In this document: piece after piece, positions 52,738-64,000 of the stretch | Layout of the letters: every line of letters starts with the position of its first letter | Position numbering within the stretch: position 1 is the first letter of the stretch | From: Felis catus | Taxonomy: Eukaryota | DNA length: 64,000 nt | Assembly (NCBI RefSeq): GCF_018350175.1 | Contig: NC_058373.1 | Coordinates: 100,256,001 to 100,320,000 of the forward strand | Direction: 5' to 3' | The notes under the pieces: model-generated | Told to the model about the DNA's origin: nothing | Databases searched by the model: none | Seen by the model: only the letters and a program-made list of their open reading frames with translations | Made by a program: the position numbers and the translations under genes

Positions 52738-54819
52738 TAAAGGTCATTTTAAATGATCATCATGTCTAAACACACCTCCCTTAATATATGTTGTCCACTT
52801 TTCTTCTTCAAGATTTTATTTCTCTCTTCTTTGTTTTAGCCTATGGTTTTTGTTGACTCAATTTTAAAATCTATTTTTGTGCATTATAATTCATATTTTT
52901 TGTGCATTATAATTCATATTAAGTTTTCTAACTAAGAAACTTTTCTGACAGTGTTAATACATTCATAATAAGGAACAGTCTTGCTAGCTGCTCCTTAGTT
53001 CATTCTTAAATTGGTTACTGAAAGCTGCTCAGTTTAATTGAAGAAGCCACCTGCTAGCTCCCAATCCCCAACTTAAAACCATTCATTCTTGTTCTAGGGA
53101 AAAAAAAATGTTGGCTCATCTGAAACTTCTCTTTGTAATTAAAATTGTCTTGTAATGATGCAACTCATAAAAAACATATTCAGTGTTATGTAGTGAAAAG
53201 AGTCTAGAATTAAACTGCAAGAGACCTTGACTTTTGTCCTGGGGATTGGTTTGCAGGACAGTGAGGAATGAATGCTTTAGCATTTCCATCTGGCATTAAT
53301 TACATGTGTAATCTTTGGCAAATTATTTATCCTCAGCTTCTTTGCCTATAAAATTACAGTGGTGGCCTGATGAAATGACAGAGGAGGAGAATATTTGAAA
53401 TTGTGCTTACATTAGAAAGTCTGGGGCATGTAGCTCCCATCCACTTAAGATACCTTCTGATTTTGAAATGCTTTGCTGCTCACAGCATCCCTTCATAACA
53501 GCATCTACAGTAAGAAACCTCCTGGACCCTTGTCTCTCAAATTTGATCCCAGATCCCATAATTTAGAGGTACTGTTGGCTTCCATTTTCTTAGTTACTCA
53601 GATAAAGACAGTGCTTAAGTGTTTGATCAAGGGGCATAGAAGCTGCTACTGAGCTCCTAAAATAATGCCTCGTGTCAGCCACAGCCATGAAGACATCTGG
53701 AAGAGTACAACAGCCATATGTGCAGATATCCCTTTGTTTTACCCAGGGAAATGTTGGCAGAAACTAGTGTGTACTCTAATCCTCCCCATCCAGAGCCTGC
53801 CTTAACATGGGCGGGAATACCTAGTTGGCTACCTACCACAAGGCATGATTTGAGGGGACACCAGACAAGGTGCTTCATCCAAAAATACCTTTTCCACTGC
53901 CAGTTAATCCAACGTTATTGAGCTTAACTTTGGCCCTTAAAAACCACCACAGATGCTTTAAAAGCACACTTTTCAAAAATGGGAAGAAATCTAACTTTAG
54001 GAGAACAAGGAGCACTCATAGTGTATAGTAAGTCAAGTTCAAACTAAAACTTTGGTGCGGCTCCCAGTGAAACTGTAAGAAAGATACTTCTGTACATTTC
54101 CTCTGACAGGAGTCCAGGGCATCCACATCCTAACACCTTGAATGATACATTAGCATCTTCACATTTCACATTTTCTTTATTCACTCCTAGGTTAGCAAAT
54201 GTACCACGCTTTAATGGTAAGACAATTTGTGATGTCTCTCAGTTTGCCTATTTGTGTTTGAGTTGCTGTTGAAAAATAGATTTCAGGTCAAGATTTACTT
54301 TGTGCCTATTTTTAAAGTATTTTTTTGATCTGAATCATACTATAGTTTTTGGCCATCAGTGTGTTTACAGGGAAACATATTTCTTTCTGGGTGCCTTCTT
54401 AAACAACTACATTTAAAGGCAATAATAGTGAAATAATTAAACTTTTAAATAAGAGATAATGAAAATATATTAAGTATAGGGGATATTTCTATGCCTTGCA
54501 TTGTAAACTGTAAAAAATGAACAGGTTTTATGTTCTCTCAGTTCTTTGAGCTATTCAGAGTTTATAAACATGTCATGGTATTAGCTTATAACATAAATCT
54601 ATCACCTTAAACTTAGTTTATATTAATTAGTGCTGAAGACAAAAGTAAGAGTCTGAGAAAACAGAATTCTGAGCATCCCAGATAGGTAGTGTAGCATGAT
54701 CATGTTTGGCCACAGCTTGCCTAGTGAGATTTACAGTATACTTGACCCATTTTGTTGATATTTTTGTGATTCCTCTTCCTCTGCACATGAAAAGTATTCT
54801 CTCAAGTTTTAGATACTTA

Positions 54820-55320
54820 TCCATGTGTTCAACAAATTATCTGTTGGGCACTCACTGTTTCCTGGGCGTTATGCTTATGCCCAAAACTACAAAGATGAAT
54901 GAAAGCTCTCAGTGTTAGTGGGAGACAAAGACAATTGCAATGTAAAGATGCACAAACAAATATGTTTGAAGTTTGAAGAGGTCTCATGGGAGGGAGCTCC
55001 TGGCTCTGCCTGGGAATGTCAAGGAAGACCTGCCTGAGGAGGGGATGATTACCAGGGAAAGATACACTTGCCATCAAGGTTGAGTGAGAGAGAAAGATGT
55101 ATGTAGGAAGTGCCTGGCTGAGCTGCAGAGCACCTCGCCAGCCTGAGAGGTTCTAGGAAGCTGCTCTGAGAAGGACCCACTAAGGGTTGAAGAAAGATAT
55201 GGGATAGGAGGGTCTTCGAGAAAGTCAGAGCAGAGGTATTGGCTTCACTTATTTAGGAGATAGCAAGTATTCAGAAAGGCCAGGAGACAGGATCTGTGAG
55301 GGAGTTGATGAGGGAGGGGT
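54820..55320 (-). mobile_element. L2 fragment
   Basis: TTCAACAAAT.AT.TGTTGGGCACTCACTGT...GTCAAGGAAGACCTGCCTGAGGAGG. Confidence 0.6.
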
Positions 55321-55484
55321 GAGGAGAAATAAACTTGGGAATGATAGCAATGGCTAATACTTACTGAGTTTTTGCCATGTGCAGTGTACCATGCTGAACA
55401 CTTAGCATGTATTAGCTTATTTAATCCTCGTATAATTCCATGAAATAGTTACTATTATTATCTCCATTTTACAGAGGATGACAT

Positions 55485-56214
55485 TGTGGTAGCATTAAAA
55501 TATGCCCACAAATTCTTTGATACACTTCCTTTGAAGATGTAGACCCTAATTCCTCTTCCCTTGATTGTGGGCTAGTTAATGGCTTCCTTCTACTTAACAA
55601 AATATGGCAGAGGTGACGATTTGTGACTTTTTTTTTTTAAAGTTTATTTATTTGTTTTGAGAGAGAGAGAACACAAGCAGGGGAGGGGCAGAGAGCACTT
55701 TCAGCACAGAGCCTGATGCAAGGCTCGAACTCACGAACCATGAAATAATGACTGAGCTGAAATCAAAGTCAGTCGCTTAACTGACTGACCCACCCAGACA
55801 CCCCTGACGATGTGTGACTTATGACACTAAGTCATAAAAGGCATTATGACCTCCTTGCTCTCTATCATTCACTCTGGAGGAAGCCAGCTGCCATGTGTTG
55901 AGGACACATAAGCAACCCTATGGAGAGGCCCACATGGCAAGAAAATGAGCCCTCCTGCCAGTGGCCATTATGGAACTGCAGCCTCCTGCCATCTGCCGTG
56001 TGTGGGAGCCATTCAGAAAGATCCTCTGTCCCCAGCCAAGCCTTCAAACGACCCAAGCCTTGACTGCAACCTTATGAGAAATCCTGAGCCCAAACTACCT
56101 AGCTAAGCCCCCTTCCTAATTCCTGATCTCCATACAACTCTGGCACAAGTGTGTGTTGTTTTAAACTACTAAGTTATGAGGTGATTTGTTAGGCAGCACT
56201 GGATAAGTAATATA
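55485..56214 (+). mobile_element. MaLR solo LTR (MLT1-type) splitting a MIR (~55345-55484 and ~56215-56320), with an internally deleted SINE at 55630-55804
   Basis: TGTGGTAG...GAAGCCAGCTGCCATGT...GGAGAGGCCCACATGGCAAG...TTGTTTTAAACTACTAAGTT...TAATATA; SINE TSD TGACGAT(T/G)TGTGACTT at 55614-55629 and 55805-55820. Confidence 0.85.
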
Positions 56215-56469
56215 GGTAAGGAGGCATCAACATGTTGAACAACTTTCCCAAGTTCACATAACTCATAAATTACAAAATTCGAATTTGCACCTAGACATTC
56301 AAACTTCAGAGTCTGTGCACCTAACCTGTACTCTTTGCCTTGAGAAGTAAAAGGGGGACTGTCTTTAGAGATCCAGTGCTTACGTTACATTTACATACAC
56401 ACGCACCTATATATACACACATGTACACATACACACGCTTTCTGTGTTTTTCTTTTCTCTTTTCTTTTC

Positions 56470-57145
56470 TTTTCAGGACTTTATCTTGGCAGTAATAGGG
56501 AACCACTAAAAGCAACTGCATTTTAGAAAGACCTTTTGGTGTAGAGGCCTGATTGCTAGGGCCACAACTGGACTTAGAAGAACATTGTCAGGTAATCAAA
56601 GTAATCCAGACAGAGAATGGTGAGGTCTTAGACTAAGGCATGAGAGAGAAAGGATTAGACAGGTTCAACAAGTATTTATGGGGTAGACTTGAGGGACCTC
56701 TAGGTGACTGACTAGGTATCTGTGCTGGCCTGTGAGAGGGCAGGAGGGGCAGTGGGAGGACTTTCAGAACTGAGTCCATCATGGTGCCGCAGTGGATGGG
56801 TTAGTAGAGGATATTGGCAGCTGGGGGGACAGTGGGAGAGGATCATAATGAGTTCTGCCCTAGACATGGTGCATTTGAGATGTCTTTGAAACATTTAAGA
56901 GACACTCAAGTGGTATCTGTGCTGGACTGGCACTGTAGAGGAGTGGTCTGAGCTGAACTGGAGATTTGGAGGTCACCAGCCAGCCTTTTAGAGGACGTTG
57001 AAGTGACAGCATGGATGACTGAACCCTGGGAGAGTGTGTGCAATGAGGGGAAGAGAGCCCTCTCCAAGGAGAGAGAAGCCAGAGAAGGGAGAACCAGAGC
57101 AAAAATGGCATCAGAAGAGGGGAAAGGGAGTACAGTTAGAGTGTC
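56470..57145 (-). mobile_element. L2 fragment
   Basis: GGACTTTATCTTGGCAGTAATAGGGAACCACT, GTAATCCAGACAGAG..ATGGTGAGG, ATGAGTTCTG...GACATG...TTTGAGATGTCTTTGAAACAT. Confidence 0.7.
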
Positions 57146-57709
57146 AAATACAGCCTTATTTTCTGACACATGCCACTTTCTGAGTCCATGAAAACCGGGC
57201 CACTGTGACTTCTAGGCCTGCCACGTGGAAGAGCGCCTGTGGAGAAGCTTCTGCACTGTGCTCAGAGGCATCTCGGAAAGTTCCCTGTGAACTTCCTGTG
57301 TGCGCCTGGTCTTATAGCTCATCTACTTAACTCATTTAGGCTCAACATTTATGTGAAGTTTAGCATCCAGAAAGCATGTAATAAATGAGTTTGGAAGACA
57401 CTAAATGCTTATTAATAATACATGCAAGGCAGTGGGTAGGGCAAGGCTTGACTCTATTTGCACATGCACAAGTAATGTAAGAAGACCTCTTGAAGAGTCC
57501 CATTGACTCATTAAATAGCTGCAGGTTTTAATGAGGGTTTGATGTTTCCCATAGAGACACAAAATTTTATTTCTCTTTATTTCTGTCTCATTGGCGTTAA
57601 CAACAATATAAAAAGGAGTCCCAGGCCTGGGATTCCAAAATTTTTCCTGATGTTTTTAAGATTGAGTTTGCAGATGTAGTTTGGGGAAAGTTAACATAGA
57701 CTAAGCTGA

Positions 57710-58145
57710 GGGGCGCCTGGGTGGCTCAGTCGGTTAAGCATCTCTTGATTTTAGCTCAGGTTATGATCTCACGGTTTGTGAGTTCGAGCTCCACATTGGG
57801 CTCTGTGCTGACTGTGCGGATCCTGCCTGGGATTCTCTCTCTCCCTCTCTCCTCTTCCTCTCTCTCTCCCCCTCCTTTCCTCAAAATATACGTTTAAAAA
57901 AAAAAAAAAAGATTAGGGGCACCTGGATGGCTCAGTTGGTTAAGCGTCCCACTTCAGCTTAAGTCATGATCTCAAAATTCTTCATGAGTTTGAGCCTGAC
58001 ATCAGGCTCTCGTTGTCAGTGCAGAGCCTGCTTTGGATCCTCTGTCTCCCTCTCTCTGCCCCTCCCCTGAGTGCTTTCTCTCTCTCTCTCAAAATATAAT
58101 AAACATTTAAAAATGTATTAAAAATAATAAATAAAAAATAAAAAA
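57710..58145 (+). mobile_element. Two tandem CanSINEs
   Basis: Heads at ~57710 and ~57916, each with a CT tract and A tail. Confidence 0.92.
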
Positions 58146-59027
58146 GATTAAACTGAGATTCTAAAGAGGGCTTCTTTAATAACATAAGCTTCTTTCACTG
58201 CCAGCTGTTCTAATGGTAACTTCCTGTCCATCTGGGAGTCATTATTTTTAAAAGTTGTATTTAAATGAAATAATGTCAGTGCTTAAACTTTTTTAGTAAT
58301 TAGATATAGTGATTAGCTTCTTTTTAAAAATTATGCTTGGATTTTCAATTAAGAAAACCACACAGTCTTAAAATAATTGGTCCATAATATAGTTTCAAAA
58401 GCCCAAAACTTTTACAGACTAAAAAACACTGAATTAGAAAAATTGAGTTCCGTGGCTTTCATATTAAAGGTAAGCAAAAGTTTCCTACATATTTAACTAA
58501 TTAAGACAGTTAGAAAACTTTAAACCAAGCTTTCAATGCTGTAGCTCTTTATAGTATGAAAGTTTGCTATAAATCTGCTGGGTATTTTAACCGAGGATGC
58601 TCATTTAGTAGGGTTATTAAGCCCTATAACATAATGCTACTTACTGAAGGCTTGTTTTGTTTCTTTGTTTTAAAACTCTCCAAAAGTAAAAAGGCTGGGA
58701 AAAGAAGAGAGTTAATTGAGTTCATCTGGAAGAAACTCCCATCTGATCCCCCAGTGTAAACCTTCTTACCCTTAAATCCTCCCCTACTTTGTCTCTGAGC
58801 CCAACCCCTGCCCAGGTCCTTCTCACCTGCCTTGAATCTTATGCTCTGTAGCTGGGTGGTGAGGCTTCATTCTGTTATTTAAAATTATTCTATAGTTATT
58901 TCATGGGTACTTAGGACAGGTTGGTTTCTACAATTTACTTTTCTTGAAGACAACATTCTCGGCCTTATCTCCATTTTCCCATAGTGGATTAAACAATGAT
59001 GATCACTGAACTTCCTGTTTTGAGTAC

Positions 59028-59449
59028 TGTGACAGTTAATTTATGTGTCAATTGGGCTAGGCTGTGACACCCAGTTGTTTGGTCAAATACCAGTCCAGAT
59101 GTTTCTGTGAAGGTATTTTATAGATGTGATTAACACTTAAATCAGTAGACATTGAGTAAAGCAGATTATGTGAGTGGGCCTCATCCAGTTAGTTGAAGGC
59201 TAGAAGAGCAAACACTGAAGTTCTCAAGACTGGAACATAGAAACCCTGCCTGAATTTCCACCCTGCTGCTCTGTGGATCAGACTCCAGACTGCAGTATCA
59301 ACTCTCCCCTGAATCTCTAGCCTGTTGCCTGCCTGCCTGCCTGCCCTCAGATTTTGGATTTGTCAGCCCCCAGTATCACATGAGTCAATTCTGTAAAATC
59401 TCATTCTCTCCTACTGGTTCTGTTTTTCTGGAGAACTGTGACTAATACA
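59028..59449 (+). mobile_element. ERVL solo LTR (MLT2-type)
   Basis: TGTGACAGTTAATTTATGTGTCAA.TTGG...TTGAGTAAAGCAGATTA...CCTACTGGTTCTGTTTTTCTGGAGAAC...ACTAATACA; TG...CA termini. Confidence 0.88.
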
Positions 59450-59664
59450 GGCATGAAAAATCTACATTAAAGGATAGATATGATTGTAAGAGATTTCAGT
59501 GGGCTGTATTATTTTTATAGTAATCCTTTGAAGAAAATATCTAGCTATCAGTTTGCCTGATAGTGATAATGCCTTCAGGAGCCTTAAAGAACTTAACCAG
59601 TCAGCCATTGTTCCTGTCTCCAAACTGTATTAAACTCATGCCTCATTGAATTAAAGAAAAAAAA

Positions 59665-60054
59665 ATTTTTTTTAACGTTTATTTGTTTTTGAGACAGAGA
59701 GAGACAGAGCATGAACGGGGGAGGGTCAGAGAGAGAGGGAGACACAGAATCCGAAACAGGCTCCAGGCTCTGAGCCGTCAGCACAGAGCCCGATGCAGGG
59801 CTCAAACTCACGAGCTGGGAGATCATGACCTGAGCCGAAGTTGGATGCTCAACCGACTGAGCTACTCAGGCGTCCCTGAATTTTTTTTTAAAGAGAGAGA
59901 ACATGAGAGTGGGGAGAAAGACAGGGGGAGCGGGAGAATCTAAAGCAGGCTTCACGCTCAGCACAGAGCCCGATGCAGGGCTCAATCCCATGACCCTGAG
60001 ATCATGCCCTTAGCCAAAACCAAGAGTCAGATGCTCTTGCCATCCAGGCACCCC
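59665..60054 (-). mobile_element. Two adjacent CanSINEs
   Basis: Reverse bodies; outer TSD CATGCCTCATTGA. Confidence 0.9.
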
Positions 60055-60074
60055 ATGCCTCATTGATTTTTAAA

Positions 60075-60745
60075 AATAATTTTATTTGGAAATAATTTCA
60101 AACTTACAGAAATGTTACAAGAGTAAGAATAATACTGGGAAAACCCAGATACCCTCTACTTGGCTTCATCTACTTTATCCATTTAATTTTATCGTTGTGC
60201 ATGCATTGTCTCTCTCCCTACAAACACACACACACAATTTCTTTTTCTGAATCATTTGAGAGTATATACTTGTGTATACCATAACTCTTCACTTCTAAAT
60301 GCTTCAGTGTATTTCCTAAGAATAGGGATATTCTCTTACTAATATAATACAGTTATCAACACAAGTAAATTTAACATTGATATAAGTATTATAAGTACTT
60401 ATAAGTATTCCATGATCTGTATTTCAATTGTATTCTTTGGTCTAATATTGTCTTTTAAAGCATTTTTTTAAAGTTTATTTATTTATTTCGAGAGAGAGAG
60501 AGCAAACGGGAGGGGGAGAGAGAGAATCCCAAGCAGGCTCAGCACCACCAGCACAGAGCCTGATACGGAGCTAGAACCCACAAAATGCAAGATCATGACC
60601 TCAGCTGAAACCAAGAACCAGACGTTAAACCAACTGAGCCATCCAGGTGCCCCAAGCATTTTTTCTTTAGTAAAGGATCAAGTTACCGTGTTTCTCTATT
60701 CTGGAACATTTCCTTAGCCTTTCTTTGTCTTGTATGACATAGGTG
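60075..60745. mobile_element. Ancient L1MC-like 3' end with a SINE (60462-60653, minus)
   Basis: GAAATAATTTCAAACTTACAGAAA...GAATCATTTGAGAGTA...CTAAATGCTTCAGTGTATTTCCTAAGAATAGGGATATTCTCTT. Confidence 0.75.
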
Positions 60746-61260
60746 CCATCAAATTTCTATGAATTTGATGCAAAGTTGTTCAGCTAATGCTGGTTTTAAC
60801 AGAACTCAGAGTCAGAGATAAATCAATATACAATGTAATTTTCTTTCTAGGACTTCATTAGGATCACACAAAATTCTGACTAGAAAACACATACCATAAT
60901 AATGCCTGACTAATCAGCTTTATGATCCTCTCTTCTCTAATACACTTTGCTAATCTAAGTTTTCCTGTTTGCCCTGGGCACAGTCAGTGCATAAGACAGA
61001 CCCTGTGTCTGAAGTTCTATGACTAAAGAGCTTTTCTGAATTGAGCTGGGCTTGGGAATTAAAACCAGATATACTTTTCAGTTAATTAATTCATAACATA
61101 AAAGAAAACTAAGAGCTTGAGTTTTTTAAAAAATTAATGAGAAGACATTCAAGTCACTGGGAATAGGCTTTTCTAAAGTATGTTCTCTTCAGTATTATTT
61201 AATATATTTCCTAAAAAACTAATATAATTAAGCTAGATTTAGCCCATAGTAACCTCTGGC

Positions 61261-61263
61261 TTT

Positions 61264-61339
<76 letters not shown>

Positions 61340-61341
61340 TC
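61261..61341. repeat. (TTTC)n microsatellite
   Basis: Directly visible, about 20 units. Confidence 0.96.
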
Positions 61342-63222
61342 ACAGAGGGGAACATTTGATTAAATTACTATTAGTTGAAAATACTATTCGATGGGGAAAA
61401 ACCCATAAGATATATAAAGACAGATAACATTAAAATAGTTCATTGGGAACAAAAGATCGCATGATGTAATACAGATAACTAAGAAAAGAATTCTTCATTT
61501 TGAAATGCATTTTTATGCAATGTCATATGGTCTAGTTAAAATCACTGTCATGGTACCTTTTGGTCCAAAAATGGAAGTCATATAGTATATCATGTAACAT
61601 CTTCACTTTGGCTGACTCACTGTCTTGGCATTGTTTTTACTGCAGATATATATAGAGATGGCTCATGTCATACTTTAGAAAAATGTCTTTGGACAACAGA
61701 GCAGAAAGAACACAGTTAAGGAGACTTCTGAATTATTAGATTTTTTAAAAAAAAAATGTATTCAAAGGCATAATCTGTGAGCAATGAACATAACTTACTT
61801 TTTTTAAAACAGGAAGAAAATTAAATTAGAATTTGTTGGGGTGTAGGGAGGGTCGTAAATGTTTAGGTGATTAAAATTAGCTGATTTACCAGTCAGGAAT
61901 CCCCAAAGTAGTAGATGTTACTTCTGTGAATATAAAAAACCGTTTTGTTGTTTTACTTAGAAAACTTGATGAATCAAATGATTGCCATTTTAAAAAACTT
62001 AATACCATTCTCATTTAGAAACCACCTCATTGTGGGGCCTATAACCAGGGTCAGGAAGTTTAAAAATAAAGTTTATTAAGACAGGTGGCTCACTTATCCA
62101 ACACCCCTTACTTGGGAAACCCAAATGGCCTTGGTTCAAAGGAAGATCTAATACTAAGTGTAAAACATCTCTGATGAAACAAACATTTCCAGACACATCT
62201 CTAAACTATTTTCCATTATTTACCATACAGGAGTTTAGATGTGGTGCAAACAAAAGGCGATTATTTTCAGTTAGTGACAGCCACTCAGGCTTCCCTGCGA
62301 CACCTTGATAAAGGACAAAGACAGACTTCTTTCTCACTGGGTAAAGAGAATAAATTGTTTCCTTCTAAATGAGTCTGTACCAGCTGAATGCAGAAGCAGT
62401 CATGTGCCAGGGATAAGTTCTGGCCTTTGGCTTCCTGCTTCTTCCAAGTGGCTTTCCACCCCTTAATGTATCTACATGGAATTTGGGGAGGCTGCTCCCT
62501 ACTTCCTCCCAAAGAGACAACTCCTCCAATGAGTCATGTAGACACACACTCGAATGTCTCGGGCATTTTCTTGTCTAAGTACAGACAGGATCGCATTGCA
62601 CCAGCATCCCATGTCACCTACAGCTTCAGCAGCCTCCTCCACTTTCTCAGAGTGCCATGGCCTAGTGCCACAGCCCTGGAGAACCAGGGCATGTGTCTAG
62701 GGATCCTACAGAGGAGGAGGGAAAAGCTGGTAATCGATGCCCATTTCAGAACAAGAGCAGCAGGTGTTTGTGCTTTGCCCAGGCTGGGGGTATAAGGTGG
62801 GTGAGTGGGTAAAAGTGTGTTGGATCTGGGGTGGGGTAGACTGGTGGAGCTAATAAGTGGGTGCAGGGTTTGGATTGCCTGCAACGGTATTTCAAGCCTT
62901 AGGTATTGCTTTTTAAATCACCATGAATAATTTCTTTTCCATTCTCCCAAGAGAGTTCAAATATGATCATTAAATTTTCTAGCTTTTAGAAGATTATGAA
63001 CCTAGGACTCACCACTATTGGCTTTTATTTACCAGAATGCAATTAGATGATTGGATAAATTATTGGTGACTTTGCCAGTAACTGTGATTCCTGTGGGATT
63101 ATTATGAAATGCTAATTTTTTAAAACTTTTAAGTCTCCTGTGTTAAAAAATTATTCTGAAAAATTATTCTAAATTTTAAAATTTAACTTGAATACTTTAA
63201 AAATTATTTTAAGATTTATTTT

Positions 63223-63582
63223 TGTTCAAATAGTAAAGAAGACTTCATTCAGGACTCTTGTGGTAAAAGCATTGCTATAGGGGTTAGAGAGAGAGAGTGC
63301 TCCAAATACAATAAAGACAGCTGGAGATTAATAGCCAAGGAGCAGAGAGAAGAGGTCAGTGGATGGAAAATTACCAAGAGGAGACATTGAGGATGGGGGA
63401 ACTTGCCAAACCACCTTAACAGGATTCTTGCCAAAGGTAGGACAAGGACAGACACATAAAAAGTGGGGGGATAAGGAACACCATCCCAGCAAGGATATGG
63501 GTGGAGACTGGAGGCTGAGGTTTTGTCGAGAAAAGGTCTTAGAGGAGCCTGACTAAAGTTTGGTCAAAGAGAGTCTTTGTCA
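63223..63582 (-). mobile_element. ERV1-type solo LTR (MER39-like)
   Basis: Minus strand starts TGACAAAGACTCTCTTTGACCAAACTTTAGTCAGGCTCCTCT and ends ...TTTGAACA. Confidence 0.7.
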
Positions 63583-63867
63583 TGCATACTAAATTTGGTT
63601 GTCCACTACAGAAAGTGTTCAAGGAAGGGCTCTGGTAAAGTTAATCTGGGAGCAGAGAAAAGCCCTCTCAGACTTGTAGTTGGGAGCTAATTCACACAGG
63701 GTTGCTATGAGAGGGCCCAGTTCTTCTCTTTTGAAGGGTGGCCACAAATGCCGCAGTGGGGAGCAGGGTCAACAGCTGGGCCAGCCAGACCTTACAGACC
63801 TTCTGCTCACTATGGCCCACCCCATCTAGTCCAGCCAAACAATTTGCTGTTAAACTAGATCCAGAGA

Positions 63868-64000
63868 TTATTTTTGTATATGCTGTAAGAAAGTAATTTA
63901 GTTTCATTCTTTTGCATGTAGCTGTCCAGTAGTTGGACCACTCTTACACTATACACAGAAATAAACTCAAAGTGGATTGAAGACCTAAATGTGAAACCTG
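63868..64000. mobile_element. L1 ORF2 3' fragments in opposite orientations at the window edge
   Basis: Minus segment 63868-63930 (WTATCKRMKLNYFLTAYTK) abuts plus segment TTGGACCAC...AACTCAAAGTGGATTGAAGACCTAAATGTGA. Confidence 0.75.

Noticed and set aside
52872..52920. 24-nt tandem duplication, plus short direct repeats at ~45771-45824 and 56714/56912
   Set aside because: Two-copy slippage-type duplications; not an array and not CRISPR.
5798..59943. Many short ORFs containing AQVMIS...SPASGSVLTAQSLEP or RQRETEHE
   Set aside because: Translations of CanSINEs.
62388..62795. 135-aa + strand ORF
   Set aside because: No recognisable domain; length is compatible with chance in locally GC-richer DNA.

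Overview
Eukaryotic, AT-rich, repeat-dense mammalian DNA. The tRNA-derived CanSINEs are of the feline SINEC_Fc type, so it is very likely a felid genome. No intact protein-coding gene is recognisable. The window holds several LINE-1 copies of different ages (including two L1-in-L1 antisense insertions), about 40 CanSINEs, ancient L2/MIR/MaLR/ERVL/MER58 relics, and three processed pseudogenes: RPS14 (inside L1 ORF1 with a 13-bp TSD, in frame with ORF1), SINHCAF/FAM60A (minus strand, full mRNA, later hit by an L1 and a SINE) and RPS3A. The least expected structure is a ~315-bp inverted repeat (46555-46867 / 48102-48417). Its arms differ by only 7 substitutions and one 3-nt indel, although they appear to be built from ancient L1MC-like sequence. 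It encloses an inverted SINE pair and a candidate + strand exon. A few splice-site-bounded candidate exons in the unique DNA can be chained in phase into a speculative 73-aa ORF. Repeat family names come from recalled consensus motifs, not from a database search, and repeat boundaries are approximate unless a TSD is given.
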